In this document: positions 61,027 through 64,000 of the stretch, piece after piece
Layout of the letters: the number at the start of each line of letters is the position of its first letter
Position numbering within the stretch: the first letter of the stretch is position 1
Source: Oscillospiraceae bacterium
GTDB taxonomy: Bacteria > Bacillota > Clostridia > Oscillospirales > Oscillospiraceae
Length of the DNA: 64,000 bases
Direction: 5' to 3'
Assembly: GCA_902761635.1 (NCBI GenBank)
Contig: CACWLG010000005.1
Coordinates: 24,819-88,818, forward strand
The notes under the pieces: model-generated
What the model was told of the DNA's origin: nothing
The model's input: the letters and a program-made list of their open reading frames with translations, nothing else
The model's database searches: none
Position numbers and translations under genes: made by a program

Positions 61027-62242
61027 CAGAAATTTGCGCATTTCCCAGGCAATCTGGCAGATCACGCAGGAGCTGCGGAACGCCGAGACGCTGGATGACG
61101 CTATCTCGGCGAGCCTTGAGATCGTCATCGACACGCTTGACAGTGAGGCCGGGTCAATCTGGCTGCTGGACAAGGGAACCAACCGTCTGTATACCATCTT
61201 TAACCATGGGCCGGCGGACATCAGCGGCATCACCATCGAAAACGGCCAGGGCATTGCGGGCGTAGTGACCATGAGCGGAGAAGCCGTGCTCAATCCGGAC
61301 ATTGAAAAGGACGAGCACTTCAACCCCGGCGTGGATGAGGAGTCGGGCTTCAAAACCAAAAGCCTGATCTGTGTCCCGCTCAAGGCGCCCAATGGGATCA
61401 TCGGCTGTATCGAGATCCTTAACCGACGGGACGGCGGCCTCTACGATCAGGAGGATCTGACCCTCTGTGAGACGATGGCCTCGCTTGCTGCCGTTGCCAT
61501 GGAGGAAAAAGGCTTCTTTTTTAAACCGACCGAGGATAAGGAAATCCTGATTTCTCTGCGCAATGTCACCAAGGACTATCCCTCCGGCGATTCGATGCTG
61601 CATGTGCTGCGCGGCATCAATCTTGACATCTACAAAAATGAATTTCTGGTTGTCCTGGGGGAATCCGGCTGCGGCAAATCCACGATGGTGAATGTGATCG
61701 CCGGCATGGACTCTCTCACCGGCGGCCAGCTGATCATCAACGGGAAGGATTTTTCCCATCCCAGCGACAAGGAGCTCACACGCTACCGGCGCGACTACCT
61801 GGGCTTCGTCTTTCAGTCCTATAATCTGATGCCGAATCTCACGGCGCAGGAGAACGTACAGTTTATTGCAGAGATCGCACCGAACCCCATGTCCGCGGAG
61901 GAGGCCATTGCCAAGGTCGGCCTCACGGACCGGGCCGACAACTATCCCTCAGCCCTCTCTGGCGGTCAGCAGCAGCGCGTGGCCATCGCTCGCGCCGTCG
62001 TCAAGCGGCCGCAGATCATCTTTGCCGATGAGCCCACCGCAGCGCTGGACTATCAGACCAGCATTGAGGTCCTGTCGGTTTTCGAGGAGATCAAAAAGGA
62101 CATCGGCACCACCATCATGATGATTACCCACAACCCCGAGATCGCCAAGATGGCCGACCGTGTCATCAGACTTCGGGACGGGAAAGTTTCCACCATCAAA
62201 ATCAATTTGCACCCGCTCAGCGCAGCAGAGTTGAAATGGTAA
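61019..62242 (+). CDS. GAF domain fused to an ABC transporter ATP-binding domain (MacB/FtsE-type)
   Basis: The ATG at 61019 overlaps the end of the cyclase gene. The GAF domain of about 170 aa (..GQGIAGVV..DEHFNPGVDEESGFKTKSLICVPL..) is followed by Walker A GESGCGKST, the signature LSGGQQQR and Walker B IIFADEPT. Confidence 0.85.
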   Translation: MTDRNLRISQAIWQITQELRNAETLDDAISASLEIVIDTLDSEAGSIWLLDKGTNRLYTIFNHGPADISGITIENGQGIAGVVTMSGEAVLNPDIEKDEHFNPGVDEESGFKTKSLICVPLKAPNGIIGCIEILNRRDGGLYDQEDLTLCETMASLAAVAMEEKGFFFKPTEDKEILISLRNVTKDYPSGDSMLHVLRGINLDIYKNEFLVVLGESGCGKSTMVNVIAGMDSLTGGQLIINGKDFSHPSDKELTRYRRDYLGFVFQSYNLMPNLTAQENVQFIAEIAPNPMSAEEAIAKVGLTDRADNYPSALSGGQQQRVAIARAVVKRPQIIFADEPTAALDYQTSIEVLSVFEEIKKDIGTTIMMITHNPEIAKMADRVIRLRDGKVSTIKINLHPLSAAELKW

Positions 62243-62245
62243 AAG

Positions 62246-64000
62246 CATGACAAGAACGCAGTTTACGGATGCCCTCCGCAATGTGCAGAAGCAGATCATC
62301 CCCTGGGTCTCCATCGTGGTGATCGGGATGGTTTCGCTGATCGCCTATCTCAGCCTCGTGTATTCCAGCGAAGCTATCCGGGGGGCCGCTTCCGCTTATT
62401 ATAATACATATGACTTCTGGGATCTGGAGATCACGTCTTCTCTCCTGCTGGATGAGGAGGATCTTGCAGTTCTGCACAGCCTTGATGGGGTAGAGAGCGC
62501 AGAGCCCGTCTGGGCAGTCGGGACAAAGCTCCTCGAACCGCCGACGCAGACCGCCGTCACGGTGCAGGCGCTGCCGGAGACGATCTCCCTGCCCGAGCTT
62601 CTGGATGGCCGCCTGCCGGAGACGGCGGACGAGTGTATCATCGAGCATTCAATGCAAGGGAATACGGGCCTCGGCATCGGCGATCGGCTCCGGGTCGAGA
62701 ACAGCAGCGTTGGCGGGGTCGAGCCGCTTCGTGTAACGTCCTATACTGTGACCGGCATTTTCCGCCATCCGGACCATGTCAGCATAGAACTGCCGGAGGC
62801 GCCGTATGTGCTGGTGACAAAGGATTGCTTCGACCTCGAGGGCTTGAACGGCGCCTTTATGAAGATCCGCCTGCGTGTCACCGATACACCGGATCAGCGC
62901 TATACCGAGGACTACAACAAGGCCATCCGGGCGGTGGAGGAAAGCGTCAGGACCGTCATGGAGGAGCGCGCAGCAGCGCGGACAGAAAAGCTCCGCGCCG
63001 ATTCGGCCAGAAAAATCGAAGAAGGCCAGCAGCAGCTGGACGAAGCCTCCGCAAAGCTGGAGGAAGGCAGGCAGCAGCTGGAGGAGGGCAGACAGAAGCT
63101 CGAGGAGGGCGCACAAACACTCGCCTCTTCCCGCGATCAGCTTGATGACGGCTGGACACAGCTCAAGGATGCCGAGGAACAGTTGGATTCAGCCGAGGCA
63201 AAGCTGGACGCCGGCGCCCAGGTCCTTGTCGATGCGCAGTATCAGATCGCTGCGCTGGAAGGCCTCCTGTACAAGGCCGAGGGGGCGCTCAGCCTGGCGA
63301 ACAGACTGACCGGCATAGACGTGGAAAGCTATCTGCCCGCCGTCGCCTCCGATGCGCTGCAGCAGGCCAGGGACGGCGCAAGTGCCTATAACAGCGGACG
63401 CGACCTGTGGTATTCCAGCGGCGAGGAGTATCTGGACGCCATGATCGAATATGAGCAGGGCAGGAAGCGCCTGGAGCAGGCTGAGCAGGAATACGAAAAG
63501 GGTAAAGAGGAGTATGAAAAAGGCAAGGCGGAATTAGAAGAGAAAACAAGGGAGTTTGAAGAGAAACAGGCAGAGTACGAGGATGGCATAAAACAGCTTG
63601 AAAACGCCAGGCTCCAACTGAAGGCCATCGGGCCGGCCCGCTGGTTGGAGTGGGGCGACCTCGGAAACACGGGCTATGCCTTCGTGGAAAGCCAGGCGGC
63701 GGGCCTGGCCTCTATGTGTTATTCCTTCTCCATCCTTTTTCTCATGATTGCGGCGCTGGTAATCTATGCCACCGTCGGCCGCATGGTACAGGAGCAGCGT
63801 GCCCAGATCGGAACCTCGAAGGCGCTGGGCTTTTATAACAGCGAGGTCCTGAATAAGTACATGTTTTTCGGCATCAGTGCCGCCCTTACGGCTGTGATGC
63901 TGGGCGTGGCGCTCAGCTATTTCGTGATGCAGCGCAGGTTCCTGATATACTATGAGCCTTTCTTTATCTTTGGGGAGATCCCGCGCTGCTTCCGTCCTGT
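62246..64000 (+). CDS. FtsX/MacB-type ABC permease with a large coiled-coil extracytoplasmic domain (3' end outside the window)
   Basis: The frame is open from the ATG at 62246 to the window edge (585 codons) and is not in the ORF track because no stop is reached. A TM1 segment is followed by a MacB-like domain, then long Q/E/L-rich heptad repeats, then ..IGTSKALGF.. typical of FtsX. Confidence 0.75.

Noticed and set aside
60256-62242. Considered a Pycsar/CBASS-like antiphage signalling system (cyclase plus effector).
   Set aside because: The context is a chromosomal signalling/transport operon with RsbU/W/V, and the 'effector' is a MacB-type ABC ATPase with its permease. No TIR, patatin, pore-forming TM effector or nuclease is present, and there are no mobile-element flanks.
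1-64000. Scanned the intergenic regions for tRNA/rRNA genes, CRISPR repeats, IS elements, integrases, phage genes and toxin-antitoxin pairs.
   Set aside because: Every intergenic region is under 370 nt and is accounted for by promoters, terminators or leaders. No direct-repeat/spacer arrays, transposase-like ORFs or inverted terminal repeats were seen.

Overview
GC-rich, Clostridia-like (Firmicutes) chromosomal window; the taxon is inferred from gene content and Shine-Dalgarno style only. About 45 protein genes are supported. No rRNA, tRNA, CRISPR array, transposase or integrase was recognised. Note that the ORF track shows GTG/TTG starts as M and its coordinates include the stop codon. Gene order: (1) VWA-like fragment plus MoxR-type AAA ATPase, polysaccharide deacetylase, coaX. 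(2) A minus-strand membrane operon that includes two half-size DMT/EamA proteins. (3) Minus-strand pilB-pilT-pilC, divergent from a GGDEF cyclase. (4) Housekeeping genes rimM, trmD (fused to a GNAT domain), rsmA and ppdK. (5) A secreted EndA-type nuclease plus a VWA surface protein. (6) A NYN-like gene divergent from a single 20.5-kb ORF (about 6,820 aa) encoding an N-terminally anchored adhesin with MBG, Cna-B and beta-helix domains. (7) Directly downstream, five pilin-like genes (one a 758-aa GLUG-repeat 'mega-pilin'), then pilD and pilMNO. (8) An MBOAT/PatB-like pair. (9) A tightly coupled operon: DUF2156 protein, MATE transporter with a fused RsbW-like domain, RsbU-like sensor phosphatase, RsbW, RsbV, MBL hydrolase, class III nucleotidyl cyclase, GAF-ABC ATPase and FtsX-type permease. 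The two best candidates for undescribed biology are the giant adhesin next to the type IV pilus genes, and the sigma-less partner-switching/cyclase/GAF-ABC/MATE operon. All functions were assigned by eye from translated motifs; no database search was run. The many long antisense ORFs are treated as GC-composition artefacts.
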